The translations under genes and the position numbers were made by a program. Positions 36,240 to 50,149 of a DNA stretch of 64,000 bases are shown piece by piece. The notes under the pieces are model-generated. The model was not told the DNA's origin. It saw only the letters and a program-made list of their open reading frames with translations, and made no database searches. The stretch comes from Squalus acanthias (Eukaryota), in assembly GCA_030390025.1 (NCBI GenBank), contig JASTWF010000048.1, positions 806,001 to 870,000 on the forward strand, in the 5' to 3' direction. Numbering within the stretch: position 1 is the stretch's first letter; every line of letters begins with the position of its first letter.

Positions 36240-37058
36240 ATGCGTTTAGATTTGCTGGTCTTTGCTCTGTTATTTCTGGCGTCGAGTAAGATAATGCTGA
36301 ATAATTAGAAGTGATGTACTCGTATCAACCATTCATCAAAATAGTAACTAAGCTATATTGTGCGATTGGAGCATATTATTAACGAACAGTTATATATGAA
36401 CGATCGATCAAATATTAAAAACCGATAATGTATCTTAAACTGGAGATTTTTTGCCTCTAAGGCAGTTAATGTTCTTTTAGTTGTGAAAATATTGATCGAT
36501 ACATTTATGTTCTCATAATAATTTAAGTCTGCATTACTTTAATTTCTTACCTAACTCCAAGTTAATCGCCAATCTATTGTTACTTTGCCGATAACTCCAG
36601 ATGTAACGGGATATATTTTACTGCCGTAGAACTAGCGTTGAGAATCGGCGGCTCCACATCCATCGTTTGACGCCCGGGCATAATTTGTCAATCGAATTCA
36701 ATTTCTCAATTTCATCCGATGTTTTTCCGCTCTGCCTTCTCTTTTTCAGACCGTACGCTGGCGGATGTGATCCATCAGTGGCCGAGTTCCATTACTTTTG
36801 CTCAGGGAGGAGAGGCCGAGATAAATTGTTATCAGAATGAAACAGACCGCGCTTACATGTTCTGGTATCGGCAATCCGCTGCACAAGGATTCACGTGCAT
36901 CGGGTATATTTATAGGGGCAGCAAAGCTAAATATGAAGAGGGTTTCAAAACTGGATTCGAAATCACACGAACCATGAACGATAAGATGTCCAGCCTGAAG
37001 ATCCACAGCGTTAAACCCACAGACGCGGCGGAGTATTTCTGTGCAGCCAGTGATGTAG
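36240..37058 (+). CDS. TRBV: V10 (family A), apparently functional. Leader 36240-36285, V exon 36750-37058, RSS 37059-37097
   Basis: MRLDLLVFALLFLAS|GTAAGA; YFCAASDV; CACAGTG-23-ACAAAAACT. Confidence 0.92.
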
Positions 37059-37374
37059 CACAGTGCCGCAGACTGATCCGGCGCCGTGACAAAAACTGTC
37101 ACAGAGAAACGTGTGCTGCTCGTGCAGACTGAAACCCCTTGTTACCTTTCATGTGCCGCTCGTTTCCGCGCGAAAATAAGTTGAGAAAGAAACGAGAGTG
37201 AAGGTATTTGCAGCGAAGCATAAGCGGACGAAGTGAAAAAAGATGGAAAGGAAGAAAGAAAGAATGAAAGAAGGAAGGAAAGAGTGGAAGAAGGAAACAA
37301 AGAAAGAACGAAAGAAAGTGGGAATTAGACAAAGAAAGGATAGAACGAAATAAAGATACAAAGAATTAAAGGAA

Positions 37375-37944
37375 CATAAGAACTGCGCAAATAGGAGCAG
37401 GAGTAGGCCATTTTGCCCCTAGAGACTGCTCCGCCATTCAATAACATCATGGCTGATCTTCTACCTCTTCTCCACTTTCCTGAACTATCCCCATATCCCT
37501 TGATTCCCTTAATATACAAAAAATTATCGAGCTCTGCCTTGAACATATTCAAAGACTGAGCGTCCACAGCCCTATGGAGTAGAGAATTCCAAAGATTCGC
37601 CATTCTCTGAGTAATGAACTTTCTCCTCATCTCGGTCCTAAATGGCGGACCCCTTATTCTGAGACTGGGACCCCTGGTTCAAGATTCCCCAGCCAGGGGA
37701 ATCATCCTCCCTGCATCTGCCCTGTTAGAATTTTGCAGGTTTCAATGAGATCACCTCTCGTTCTTCGAATCTCTAGAGAATATAGCCCTAGTCTACTCAA
37801 TCTCTCCTCAGAGGATTATCCCCCCACCCGAGGAACCAGGCTGGTGACCCTTCGTTGCATTCCCTCTATGGCAAATATATCCTTCCTTAGGTAAGGAGAC
37901 CAAAACTGTACTCCAGCTCTGGCCTCACCAAGGCCCTATATAAT
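37375..37944 (-). mobile_element. CR1 3' fragment truncated at the duplication junction
   Basis: The same insertion continues to ~51025 in the paralog at 50150. Confidence 0.8.
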
Positions 37945-38153
37945 AAGTGACTACATTTCAAAATGTACTTAATTTGTTGGAAAGCACTTGGGAACGTTCT
38001 GAGGTCATGAGAGTTGCTATCGAAATGCAAGTCTTTTCATTTCATTTACGCAACATCCGGTTCTAACCTCGCATGTTCCTTTTGCTGAATAACCAACCCT
38101 ACTTTCTCTGACAGTTCCCAGTTGGCGCATTAAGTCGTCGATTACTCTGAACG

Positions 38154-39010
38154 ATGCATTTAAATTTGCTGACCTTCGCTCTTTTATTTCTGGCGCCGAT
38201 TAAGATAATGCTGAATAATTACAAGTGATGTACTAGTATCATCCATTCATCAAAATATTAATAAAAGTTACATGCTGCTAATCGAGCATATTATTATCGA
38301 ACAGTTAGAGATGAGCAATCAAATATTAAAAATCGATAATTTATGTTAAACTGTAGACTTTTTGTCTCTAAGGCAGTTAATGTTATTTTAGTTGTTTAAA
38401 TATTGATCGATACATTGATGTTGTCATTATAATTTAAGTCTGCATGCCTTTACTTTCTTACCTAACTTCAATTTAATCGCCCATCTATTTTTACTTTGCC
38501 GATAACTCCAGATATAACCAGGTTGATTTTACTGCCGTAGAACTAGCGTTGCGAATCGGCGGCTCCACATCCTTGATTTTACACCCGGGCTTAATTTGAC
38601 AATCCAAATCAATTTCTCAATTTCATCCGATGTTTTTTTTCATCTCTGCCGCCTCTTTTTCAGACTGTGCGCTGGAGGATGTGATCCATCAGCGGTCGCC
38701 TTCGATTACTTTTGATCTCCGAGGTGAGGTCGAGTTAAATTGTAATCAGAATGGGACAGGCACGATAACATGCTCTGGTAACGGCAATCCGCTGGACAAG
38801 GATTCACGTGCATCGGGTATATATATAGGGGCAGCAAAGCTGAATGTGAAGAGAGTTTCAAAACCGGATTTGTGATCACACGGACCATGAACGATAAGAT
38901 GTCCAGCCTGAAAATCCACAGCGTTAACCCCGCAGACGCGAACGCAGTATTTCTGTGCAGCAGTGAGGGTGCACAGTGCCAAAAACTGATCCGGCGCCCT
39001 CACAAAAACT
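38154..39010 (+). pseudogene. TRBV: V11 (family A) pseudogene. Leader 38154-38199 (TT donor), V exon 38664-38971, RSS 38972-39010
   Basis: 1-nt deletion near 38760 shifts the frame, with further indels near the end; CACAGTG-23-ACAAAAACT. Confidence 0.88.
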
Positions 39011-39415
39011 GTCACAGTGAAACGTGAGGTACTCGTGCAGACCCAAACCCCTTGTTACCTTTCATGTGCCGCTGGCTTCCGCCCTAGAATAAGTAGAGAA
39101 AGAAACGAGAGTGAAGGTATTTGCAGCGAAGCATAAGCGGACAAAGGGAAAGAAGATGGAAAGGAAGAAAGAAAGAAGGAAAGAGTAAATGAAAGAAAGA
39201 GGATGTAGACAAAGAAAGGATTGAACGAAATAAAGAAACCAAGAATTGAAGGAACAAGGATAGAAACAAAAAAGGTGGACAACTTAAAGATCCGGACTGA
39301 GGCAGTTGCCATGAGGTAACTTCCGCTTATGAGGTTCCATTTTGCATGCATTAATCTGCGCCTTTCCCTTAAAACCAGAACAACCAGCGGAATGTGTCTT
39401 AGATCCTAGGCAAGG

Positions 39416-40174
39416 ATGCGATTCCATTACATCGTCTTTGCTGTTTTTTTCTGATGTTAAATATGTTCGAATGCATTCGTAATCACGGTTCTACACTTGT
39501 CCAACTAAAAAGGATAATTGATGATCTAAATAATGCAATTCGTTAACGTTACAGCGGTGAAGTGATATTCAGCCAATCAGTTATTTAATATAATATAATA
39601 GAATGTTTAATCTGTTAATTTTTGAACCAGAAGTGTCATTAATTACTTTAAACGTTGGATGGATGTTTGTAGATTTCGCGGTTCCACTTTCCAGTTGCTT
39701 TGTCCCTGGTGCTTGTCGGAAATTAGGACAGTGACTGAATTTCCATCGCTAATTCGGAGCAACTCGCACATCTATTGTCGCAAGTTTAACGTAAATTCTC
39801 CTAATTCTTTCATTTCTGTTTCCAGGTAGGTCCCGGAGCGAAGTGCTGCATCAATAGCTTCGCTCCCTTGGCGTCAACGTGCGAGACTCGGCCGAACTGA
39901 ACTGTTTTCAGAACGGCACGCTTCGCGACTACATGCTGCGGTATCGTCAGTCCGCCGGTGGATGGCTTGGTGTTAATCGGGTCAATTCAATTATTAGGTG
40001 AAGCTCATTATGAAGTGGGATTTAAGACTGGGTTTGTAATCAAGAGGTCTGTGGAAAACAAGAAGTCCAATCTGAAAATCGTGAGCAGTAAACCCGCAGC
40101 TGTGGTGGTGTATGTCTGTGCCTCTACTCATGGGACACAGCGGTTCACAGGCATTAATCCCGAGGCAAAAAACC
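39416..40174 (+). pseudogene. TRBV: V12 (family B) pseudogene. V exon 39826-40135, RSS 40136-40174
   Basis: Paralog of V7 with an added TAG in FR1; CACAGCG-23-CAAAAAACC. Confidence 0.85.
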
Positions 40175-40217
40175 TCACACGTGCTGAGCTCATTCTCGGG
40201 TAAATTTACCAACCAGT

Positions 40218-40955
40218 GGGCCAAAAATTCGGCACTTCCTGGGTGAGTCCGCATTGTGTACTCACCCGTAAGGCGTCCTGAAGTGCCGGTTTCCTGCATA
40301 CACTGCGCATGCGTGGGAATCCGGAACTTCCGGTCTGGTGAAGGGGGCTGTTCATCGGTGAACTGCGTGCGCGGTGGAGGTTGGGCGCACGCAGCAAACT
40401 TAGGTTTTTTTTCAGATTTCTGCGGGAGGGTAAGTATTGAAGAACCTACGCTTTTAAAAAGGAGGCGCAGGACCCGTTTTCAGCAAGATAAGTGGTTAAT
40501 TAAGTGTAATTTAAACATTTTTCAACAGGTTTATCTTTTGTAGATACTTTAAGGAAAGGTAAGTTTATTTTTAGCACTCTTAAAAAGTATTTAAATTTTT
40601 TCAAAAAGTTATATTTTAGTTTAAAGTAGTTAATTTATTTAACTTATAGTTATTTTACAAACGTGATGTTTTTTTTCAATTTATTTTAAGTTTAGCTGTT
40701 CTTTTGTGGCCGATTTCAATTCATAGCTTTGACAGGTCTTCCTGTCAAATCTATGAATGAATGATAGTCTGCTGCCATTGGCTCTCCATGGCCCACGTGA
40801 TCCCACATCGCACTAACTACGCCCCTGGGACACGCAATCACTGCGCGCTGGCACTTGGAGCAGGCCCAGGAGCTAAAGTTCCCGTGGGCCCAGAGGTCAA
40901 TGGCAGGCGCAGTAGGTAAGTGCGCGCGCAAGCCGGAGATGCGAATTTCAGGGCC
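40218..40955 (+). mobile_element. Harbinger-like MITE (duplicated copy)
   Basis: Near-identical to 27203-27947. Confidence 0.7.
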
Positions 40956-40974
40956 AATAAAAGAACAGAGCCGC

Positions 40975-42000
40975 GCGTGTAGTTCAGGTCCACATAGACC
41001 TTTGTTACACCACACTTAGAGAACTGTGCACAATTCTGGTCTCTATATACCTTTGTTAGACTACATTTGGAGCCCGGTGCACAGTTCTGGTCTCCATATA
41101 CCTTGGTTAGACCTCACTTGGAGCACTGTGCACTGTTCTGATCTCCATATACCTCGGTTAGACCACACTTGGAGCAATGTGCACAGTTCTGGTCCCCATA
41201 TACCTTGGTTAGACCACACTTGGAGCACTGTGCACAGTTCTGGTCCCCATATACCTTGATTAGACCACACTTGGAGCTCCGTGCACTTTTTTGGTCTCAA
41301 TATACCTTGGGTATACCACACTTGGAGCACTGTTCTCAGTTCTGGTCTCCATATACCTTGGGTACACCACACTTGGAGCACTTTGCACAGTTCTGGTGTC
41401 CATATACCTTGGTTAGACCACTCTTGGAGCTCCGTGCACAGTTCAGGTCTCCATAAACCTGCTTAGACCTCACTTGGAGCAATGTGGGCAGCTGTGGTCT
41501 CCATACACCTTTGTGAGACTGCAGTTGGAGTATTGTGCACATTTCTGGTCTCCAGATACATTGGTTAGAGCACACCTGGAGTATTGTGCAAAGTTCTGAT
41601 CTCCATATACATTGGTTACACCACACCTGGTGCACTGTGAGCAGTTCTGGTCTCCATATACCTTGGTCACACCACATTTGGAGTACTTTGCGCTGTTCTG
41701 GTCACCTTATACCTTTGTTAGACCACACTTGGAGTACAGTGCACAGTTCTGGTCTCCATATACATTAGTTTCACCACACCTGGAGCTCTGTGCACGGTTC
41801 TGGTCTCCATATACCTTTGTTAGACCACTGTTGGAGTACTGTGCAGAACTCTGGTGTCAATATATATTGGTTATTTCATGTTTAGACTACTGCACGTAGA
41901 AATGGTCTCCATATACCATGATGCGAAGACACTTAGAGCACTGTGTAGAGTACTGGTCTCGATTTACCTTGATTAGATGAAACTTAGTATACTGTACACT
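40975..42000 (+). repeat. 51-bp CR1-derived minisatellite (one more unit than the paralog at 27980)
   Basis: Same unit; extra repeat near 41170-41220. Confidence 0.9.
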
Positions 42001-42490
42001 GTTCGGTGACCTGATTGAGGTCTTTGAAAAAGTGCAAGATTTTGAGGGGTCGGCGTACAGCAGATGGAACCACTTGTGGGGGAGACGAATCCTGTGGGCC
42101 GCAGTAAAGAATAGTCACGAATAAATGTTAAAATTTATTCAGGAGAAACTTCGTTGCACAGTGCGTGCTGACAATGTGGAACTTGCTTTCACATCTTGTA
42201 GTTGAGGCAAATAACATCGATGCATTTAAGGGGAAGCTGGATCATCGGATGAAGGAAAATGACTGGAAAGTTATGCTGATACTTTGAGATGATATAAGGT
42301 TGTAGGAAGCCCGTGTGCAGTCCGAGTTACCCGATTCCTTGTAGTAGCCTCGATGTAATTGTTTGATAGAAGCGACAGCGTCTTTTCCCGCGCAGAAAAC
42401 AATTGGAAGCAGGACAAAATGTAAATGCCGACGCTATCGGTTGTACAGGGAAAACCTCGAAACGCATTTGCTTTTAGTTGTGCGTTCTAG

Positions 42491-42504
42491 CCATTAGGTG
42501 GCGC
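42491..42504 (+). promoter_or_regulatory. CTCF-like motif
   Basis: CCATTAGGTGGCGC. Confidence 0.55.
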
Positions 42505-43632
42505 TGTATATCCATTATCTCCTGAGCGTGCCACGACGTGCTTTGGCACCGAATGAGCAATGCCTCCCCAGATCTACGACTCCCCGTAATGATCAATTCC
42601 GCTGGTTCTGTAACCCTGTCCCGTTCCGAACATTTTGCGCCAAAACGCAGTTAGACTTCCTCATGTCTGCTCCTTTATTGTGACGTGACATGAGCAGCGC
42701 CTGTTACAAATGAATAACCACCTTATTTTCTTGCGCTGTTTGTTTCATTCTCGTCGGGCATTTAATAAGCTGCACATTGTGATTGATTAAATAAGTAAGA
42801 GAGGTAGGAAGCGAAGAGAGAGAGGGAAATAAGCTAAAGTGTTAATGAAAAATGTGTGAAAGAAAAAAGAGAGAAGGAATTAAAGCAGCAAAGAAAGACA
42901 GTTCAGAAGAAAAAGAGAATGAGAGAGATTTAAAGAGAGATGAAGAAAGAGAGCGAGAGAAAGGTAATTCTGCACCAAAACTATCACCATCAAAATCAGA
43001 TGTCACATTATTATTATTTCCTGTCAACTGTGTTTATTTGCTGTGGGGACGATTGCAAATGTTTGATGCAACTTCCGGCTCTGACACAATGCCAATCAAA
43101 CTGAAACTGATTTATAATGAACCGGAACTGTTTGCAAAACCAGCAGCCTCCTGATTACAACTTCCACCACGATGCTTTTCAATTTGCGCCAACATACTGC
43201 TCATTCATTACTGGTGCCGTGTCCGAATCGACGTGAGCAGCAACTTTCTCACAGTGTTGTTCGTTTTCATTGTATTTTTAAAATTGCGAAACGGATTTCT
43301 CCAGCCGCAGGAAACAGGTGTCCAAACCTGGGTATCGCACCTTAAGAAGGATGTCAAGGCCAGACAGAGCTTGCAGAGAAGATGTACCAGAATGGTTCCA
43401 TGGGTGAGTGACCTCATAAATTTGAAGACAGCTGAGAAATTGAGAGGAGGCGGGGTTGGGTGTGAGGGACCAGTAGCTGTCAATCTGACCGTATGGGAGC
43501 GGCATAGAAGTTAGCGGCCAGCAGCTGTCAATCAAACTGAACTGCAGCGTCATAAAGCCGCTACTCGGCAGCCGGGAGCACACATTCTTGTTCAATTCTG
43601 GTCCGTTTCTCTTCTGCAAACTGTTGATGAAA

Positions 43633-44063
43633 ATGCATTTCACCGGGTGTCTGTTGTCTGCGCTGCTGTTGCACAGTAAGTCTGATTCTGAAGTGGCTGG
43701 GCGGCGTTTAGCTCCCAATGTCAGCGACACCTTTGATTTAAAACAATTATTTTCCTCCTATCTGTAGGTGTAGCGAGCGACAAAGTATTGCAAAGTCCGG
43801 CTGTAATCTCCGAATCCCTGCACTCCCCGCTGCGAATCCTCTGTTCTGCGAAGGGTTCCTTTGGCTCGCAGTTTTACTGGTACCGCCAGCTCCCAGACGG
43901 AAAGCTCTTGCTGCTCTTCGACTCTGGCAACTCCGAAAGCATCGAGCCGGAGGGAGAGGTGGACGGCTTCACCGCCTCTAGACTCGACTACTCCACCTTC
44001 CACCTGGAAACGGCCGATCTGCGAGCGGACCACTCGGGGGTGTATTACTGCGCCTGGCGGCTC
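43633..44063 (+). CDS. TRBV: V13 (family C), intact ORF. Leader 43633-43675, V exon 43768-44063, RSS 44064-44102
   Basis: YYCAWRL; CACAGTG-23-TCAAAAAAA. Confidence 0.9.
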
Positions 44064-44731
44064 CACAGTGACACAAGTAGCCGGGGTAGTGCATCAAAAA
44101 AACAGTGCAGCAGAGAACGGGCCGCAGGGGCGAAGCAATCGCTGCTTTGCTGGGTTTAGAGTCACCGCAGAGTTTGCATGAGAAGGGTCTGCATGGGGTT
44201 AGATAGAGGAACAGCACGGATTCGATACAGGGACAGCACGGGATAGATAGAGAGTAAAGCACATCATTCACCAGTTAAATACAAAATAAAACCCTTCATC
44301 ACTCGTTAGATACAGCGTGAAGACCATCGCTCACAAGTTAGACACAGTGTAAAGCCTCTCACTCACTGGTTAGATATATAATGAGTCAGGCAGTCAGTGT
44401 AACTCCCCTTTCTCACTCCGAAACCACAGCTGCCATCTCAAATGAATCCTCCGTGTCGTTGCAGTTTTAAAAACCCCAGACTCCGCCATCAAAGAGATGA
44501 GGCAGACCGCTGAAGAACGGGGGACCTCATCAGCCCCTCCCCGGACATCAACACGCCGGTGTGGAAGCCAATGAGCAAGTAAAGAGAGATTGGACCCATC
44601 CATCCGAAAATTCAACATTGGAGATGAGGGGACTGTAAACTCCACTCAGTGCTCAGAGCTTTGAGGTATTCTACAATAAAACGGCTCAGCGACATCACGC
44701 AATAAATACTCGGAGCTGTCTCCCTCCACAG

Positions 44732-45626
44732 ATGGCTGTGTGTCAGCTCTGGGTTGTGTTGCTGTTGTTAACGGGTAAAGATGGATCTGCGCGATCCTCA
44801 CTTTTATTTATTTCTGTGTCCCGTCTGGGATTAACCCACTCCTTGGCACTTTCAATGCGAGTGTTGTTTTAGATTCTCTGTCCCTCGATTTCCATGTACC
44901 TCCCTCTGTTTCGCTATCTGTCTGTCGCTCTGTCTGTCTCTCTTCGTCACTCTGTCACTCTATCTCTCTTTATCTCTCTGTTGTCTCACTCTCTGTCAGT
45001 CTGTCTCTTTCTCTCTACCTCTCCCTCTTTCTCTCGCTCTTATTCTATCATCTGTCTCTGCCTGCTTATACTCCTTCACGTAGGCTGGTTTCATCTCTCT
45101 CTGCTCCTGTCTGTCTGCATATTTCTCGCTCCTTTTCTCAGTCCTTTTCCCTCTCTGTCTCTCTCTCTCTCTGCCCCACACTCTTCCTCTGTCTCCCTCT
45201 GTGTCACTGCGACTATATCTCGCTCAACAAACCTCTCTCACTCACCCCTCTTGTGTCTCTTCGTAGCGGTTGTCGATCCATACATTGTCCCTGAGTTTAT
45301 CTCTATCTCTCTCCCTCTGTTTTACAGATGTGGGGGCTGTGGAGATACAACAGACCCCCGCTTCCATTTCCAATTCCCCGGGCACTCCGCTTAGCATCGA
45401 GTGCCTTTACACAAAAGCAGAAGCTAACTCCGTTTTCTACTGGTACCGGTGGCATCCTAACCGGGAGCCTCAGAACCTTTTCTATTCTAGCTACGCCGAA
45501 ACGGTCACTCCCTCCGGTCAGGTGGATGGATTCACCGCCAGGAGACCCGACAGCACCCACTTCTACCTGGAGTCCGCTAGTCTGCGGACGGATCACTCGG
45601 CCGTGTATTACTGCGTCTGGCGTCTG
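44732..45626 (+). CDS. TRBV: V14 (family D), apparently functional. Leader 44732-44774, V exon 45328-45626, RSS 45627-45665
   Basis: V domain protein identical to V9; CACAGTG-23-TCAAAAACC. Confidence 0.92.
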
Positions 45627-45941
45627 CACAGTGACTCAGAGAAATGGCGGAGCTCATCAAAAACCCCAAAGGGAGCAGGAAACAACTAAGGGAGATAAAT
45701 CTGTCTGTGCGTCTGTCTGTCTCTGTGTGAGTCTCNNNNNNNNNNNNNNNNNNNNNNNNNNNNNNNNNNNNNNNNNNNNNNNNNNNNNNNNNNNNNNNNN
45801 NNNNNNNNNNNNNNNNNNNNNNNNNNNNNNNNNNNNNNNNNNNNNNNNNNNNNNNNNNNNNNNNNNNNNNNNNNNNNNNNNNNNNNNNNNNNNNNNNNNN
45901 NNNNNNNNNNNNNNNNNNNNNNNNNNNNNNNNNNNNNNNNN

Positions 45942-46149
45942 ATAAGAAGTCGCACAACACCAGGTTATAGTCCAACAATTTTATTTAACATTACGAGCTT
46001 TCGGAGCTCTGCTCCTTCTTCAGGTACAGGTACAGTGAGGTACTGCTCACTGTACCAGCACCTGTACCTGAAGAAGGAGCAAAGCTCCGAAAGCTCGTAT
46101 TTTTAAATACAACTGTTGGACTATAACCTGGTGTTGTGCGACTTCTCAT
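45942..46149. mobile_element. Penelope-derived palindrome with hammerhead motifs at 45992-46026 (-) and 46065-46099 (+)
   Basis: Paralog of 33167-33374. Confidence 0.75.
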
Positions 46150-49013
46150 TTTTGTCCACCCCAGTCCAACACCGGCATCTCCGCATCATATCTAATTATC
46201 GATCTACCTATCCAAAGCTCACCTATCTACCGAAATAACTACATTTATAACATCCATCTCTCGATCTGTTTGTCTATTCTTTGTATCATAGCGCATAAAT
46301 AAATGACATATCATGGAGTGCTTCGTTATTCATGTTAATTCATCTTCTCACTCGGTTTCACTTCAAATTATATCAATAAATTATTAATTATTCAATATGT
46401 TGTCTCAATATTTTCGATGCCCTTCCCTTTAAAGCATTATCTAGATTATAACAAGCAAGTTACGCGATGGGGTTAATTGCAGGCTTGAAAGTGCGGATCG
46501 GAGGATTATGGGAAGGAGTTACACATAATTCCTGATTACCAATGACAATTTGCCAGGGTAACCTCATCAGAGGAGGTGAAGATCCCTCCTGTTATCAGCC
46601 ATGGCAATAGCGACGAGTGATGCAATGATTATCATAGAATCATAGAATGATATAGCACAGAAGGAGGCCATTCGGTCCATCGTGCCTGTGTCGGGTTTTG
46701 AAAGAGCTATCCAATTATGCTCATTCCCTTGACACCTTCCCCATAGCCCTTAAAGGATTTACCCTTCAAATATTAATCCAATTCTTTTTCGAAAGTTATA
46801 TTGAATCTATTTCCAACACTCTGTCAGACAGCTCATTCCAGCTGAGAACAGATCGCCGAGGAGAGAAATTCAGCTCGTCACCCGCTATGTTTATTTTGCC
46901 AATTACCTTATCTGGGTGTCCTCCGGTTTACGAATTTCCTGCCCTTGGAAAACGTTTCTCCTTATTTAATGTATCAGAACCCTTCATGATTTTGAACACC
47001 GCTTTCAAATCTCCCTTTACACTCACTGGTCTAAGAGGAACATCTCACATGAAGAGGAAAAAGTTAATCTTAGAACTCTGAAACGTGTCACGAATGTTTC
47101 ATACTGTGTAAATGCGAGATGCCTCTCCAGAAATGTTTGTCACCGAGACACCTGCCTGCTGACGGCTGTGTCAGAATCTGTTGAAAACCGTTAACCCACT
47201 TCTCTACCACACTCTAGGGGCCTTTTGATGTGTTTTTCAAAGAGTCTAGGAGTTCAACCCAGCGAATTATGTAACCTTTTAATTCCCCTTTAGCACATAT
47301 GAACAGAGACATGAAACAAGAGATCACTTTGACCCAACAATGATCTTTGTTTTGGAGAAACGTAGAATGGTACAGCACAGGAGGAGGCCATTCGGCCCAT
47401 CATGCCTGTGCCGGTCCTTTGGAAGTGCAATCCAATTAGTCCCACACGACCCTCATCACTTTCCTCTTCATCTCATATCCTTCTATTACTTTCTCCCTCC
47501 TGTAATTATCTAGCTTGCAGTTATATGCATCTAAGCATTTGTCTCAACTACTTCACACAGCAAGTTCCACATTCTCAGCACTCTCTGGGGAAAGAGATTT
47601 CTCCTGAATTCCCTATTGGATTGATTAGTGACAATCTTAATTGTTATAAATCCCAGTATTGGTCTCCAACTATCCAATTCCAAACCAATAATGCTCTTTC
47701 CACATTGCTCTGCCGTTTTCCCCCTTCAAGTATTTATCCAATTCCCTTTTGAAAGCAACTGTTGAATCTGCTTTCACCGCCCTTTCAGACACTGCATTTC
47801 AGATCATAAGTACTTGACCAGTTCCTGATCTACCCACCGGCAGTTTTCCCCCTTCAAGTATTTATCCAATACCCTTTTGAAAGCGACTATTCAATCTGCT
47901 TTCACCACAGTTTGAGGCAATGTATTTCAGATCACAAGAACTTGACCAGTTAACATGATGCTCCTGATCTACCCATCTGTTTCTTTCCAATTACATTCAA
48001 TCCGTATGCTCTGGAGACTGACTGTCCTGCCACTGGAAACGGTGTCTGCCTATCTTGTCTATCAAATTCCTCTGAACACCTCTATTAATTTTCTCCTTAA
48101 CTTTCTCTGTTCCAAGGAGAACAATCCCAGCTCCTTTAGTCCCTTTGCATAACCGAACTCCCACATCCCTGTTATCATTCAGTGTCGACTGAATAAACCA
48201 GGTTTCACAATGATCATTGTCTCACAATGATGGCGGCACTAATCCCACCTAAGTCAAATTAACAAACATATACAGTGTACGTTATAGAATATTGTATTGT
48301 ATTGTCTGCCGTGGCTCAGTTGGTAGCTCTCTCGCCGCTGAGATAGATGAATGTGAGTTTGAGCCCTACTCCAGATAATTGAGCGCAGAATTGAGGCTGA
48401 TACTCCAGTGCAGTAGTGAGCGACTGCTGTACATTTGGAAGGGCAGTACTGCAGAGGTTCGGCACTGTTGGATGGGCAGTACTTACGGAATGCTGAACCG
48501 TCAGAGAGACAATACTGACGGAGTGTTGCACTGCCAGAGGTGCAATACTGAGGTCGTGCTGCACTGTTGGAGGGGCCGTCTCTAAATGAGACGGTAAACC
48601 GAGGCCCTGACTGCCCCTTCAGGAAGACGCAAAAGATCCCTTGGAGATTATTTCGAAGAAGATCATGAACGTTCCCAGGTGCCCTGGCTAATAATTATCC
48701 TGAATGAAGATCACTAGAAAACGCATTATCTGGTTATTTATCACATTGCTGTTTGTGGGAGCTTGCTGCGCGCAGATTGGCGGCCGCGTTTCCTTCATTT
48801 CAACAGTGACTACACTTCAAAAAGAACTTCATTGGTTGTAAAGCATTTAGGAACATTCTGAGGTCATAAGAGGCGCGATAGCAATGCAAGTCTTCTACTT
48901 TTTATTGACGCAACATCCGTTTCTGATCTTGAATCTTGCTTTTGCTTAATGACGAGCCTCACTTTCTCTGTCCGTCCTCAGTTGGCGCATTATATCGTCG
49001 ATTGCTCTCAGCC

Positions 49014-49832
49014 ATGCGTTTAGATTTGCTGGTCTTTGCTCTTTTATTTCTGGCGTCGAGTAAGATAATGCTGAATAATTAGAAGTGATGTACTCGTATC
49101 AACCATTCATCAAAATAGTAACTAAGCTATATTGTGCGATTGGAGCATATTATTAACGAACAGTTATATATGAACGATCGATCAAATATTAAAAACCGAT
49201 AATGTATCTTAAACTGGAGATTTTTTGCCTCTAAGGCAGTTAATGTTCTTTTAGTTGTGAAAATATTGATCGATACATTTATGTTCTCATTATAATTTAA
49301 GTCTGCATTACTTTAATTTCTTACCTAACTCCAAGTTAATCGCCAATCTATTGTTACTTTGCCGATAACTCCAGATGTAACGGGGTATATTTTACTGCCG
49401 TAGAACTAGCGTTGAGAATCGGCGGCTCCACATCCATCGTTTGACGCCCGGGCTTAATTTGTCAATCCAATTCAATTTCTCAATTTCATCCGATGTTTTT
49501 CCGCTCTGCCTTCTCTTTTTCAGACCGTACGCTGGCGGATGTGATCCATCAGTGGCCGAGTTCCATTACTTTTGCTCAGGGAGGAGAGGCCGAGATAAAT
49601 TGTTATCAGAATGAAACAGACCGCGCTTACATGTTCTGGTATCGGCAATCCGCTGCACAAGGATTCACGTGCATCGGGTATATTTATAGGGGCAGCAAAG
49701 CTAAATATGAAGAGGGTTTCAAAACTGGATTCGAAATCACACGAACCATGAACGATAAGATGTCCAGCCTGAAGATCCACAGCGTTAAACCCACAGACGC
49801 GGCGGAGTATTTCTGTGCAGCCAGTGATGTAG
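49014..49832 (+). CDS. TRBV: V15 (family A), apparently functional. Leader 49014-49059, V exon 49524-49832, RSS 49833-49871
   Basis: Protein identical to V10; CACAGTG-23-ACAAAAACT. Confidence 0.92.
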
Positions 49833-50149
49833 CACAGTGCCGCAGACTGATCCGGCGCCGTGACAAAAACTGTCACAGAGAAACGTGTGCTGCTCGTGCA
49901 GACTGAAACCCCTTGTTACCTTTCATGTGCCGCTCGTTTCCGCGCGAAAATAAGTTGAGAAAGAAACGAGAGTGAAGGTATTTGCAGCGAAGCATAAGCG
50001 GACGAAGTGAAAAAAGATGGAAAGGAAGAAAGAAAGAGTGAAAGAAGGAAGGAAAGAGTGGAAGAAGGAAACAAAGAAAGAACGAAAGAAAGTGGGAATT
50101 AGACAAAGAAAGGATAGAACGAAATAAAGATACAAAGAATTAAAGGAAC

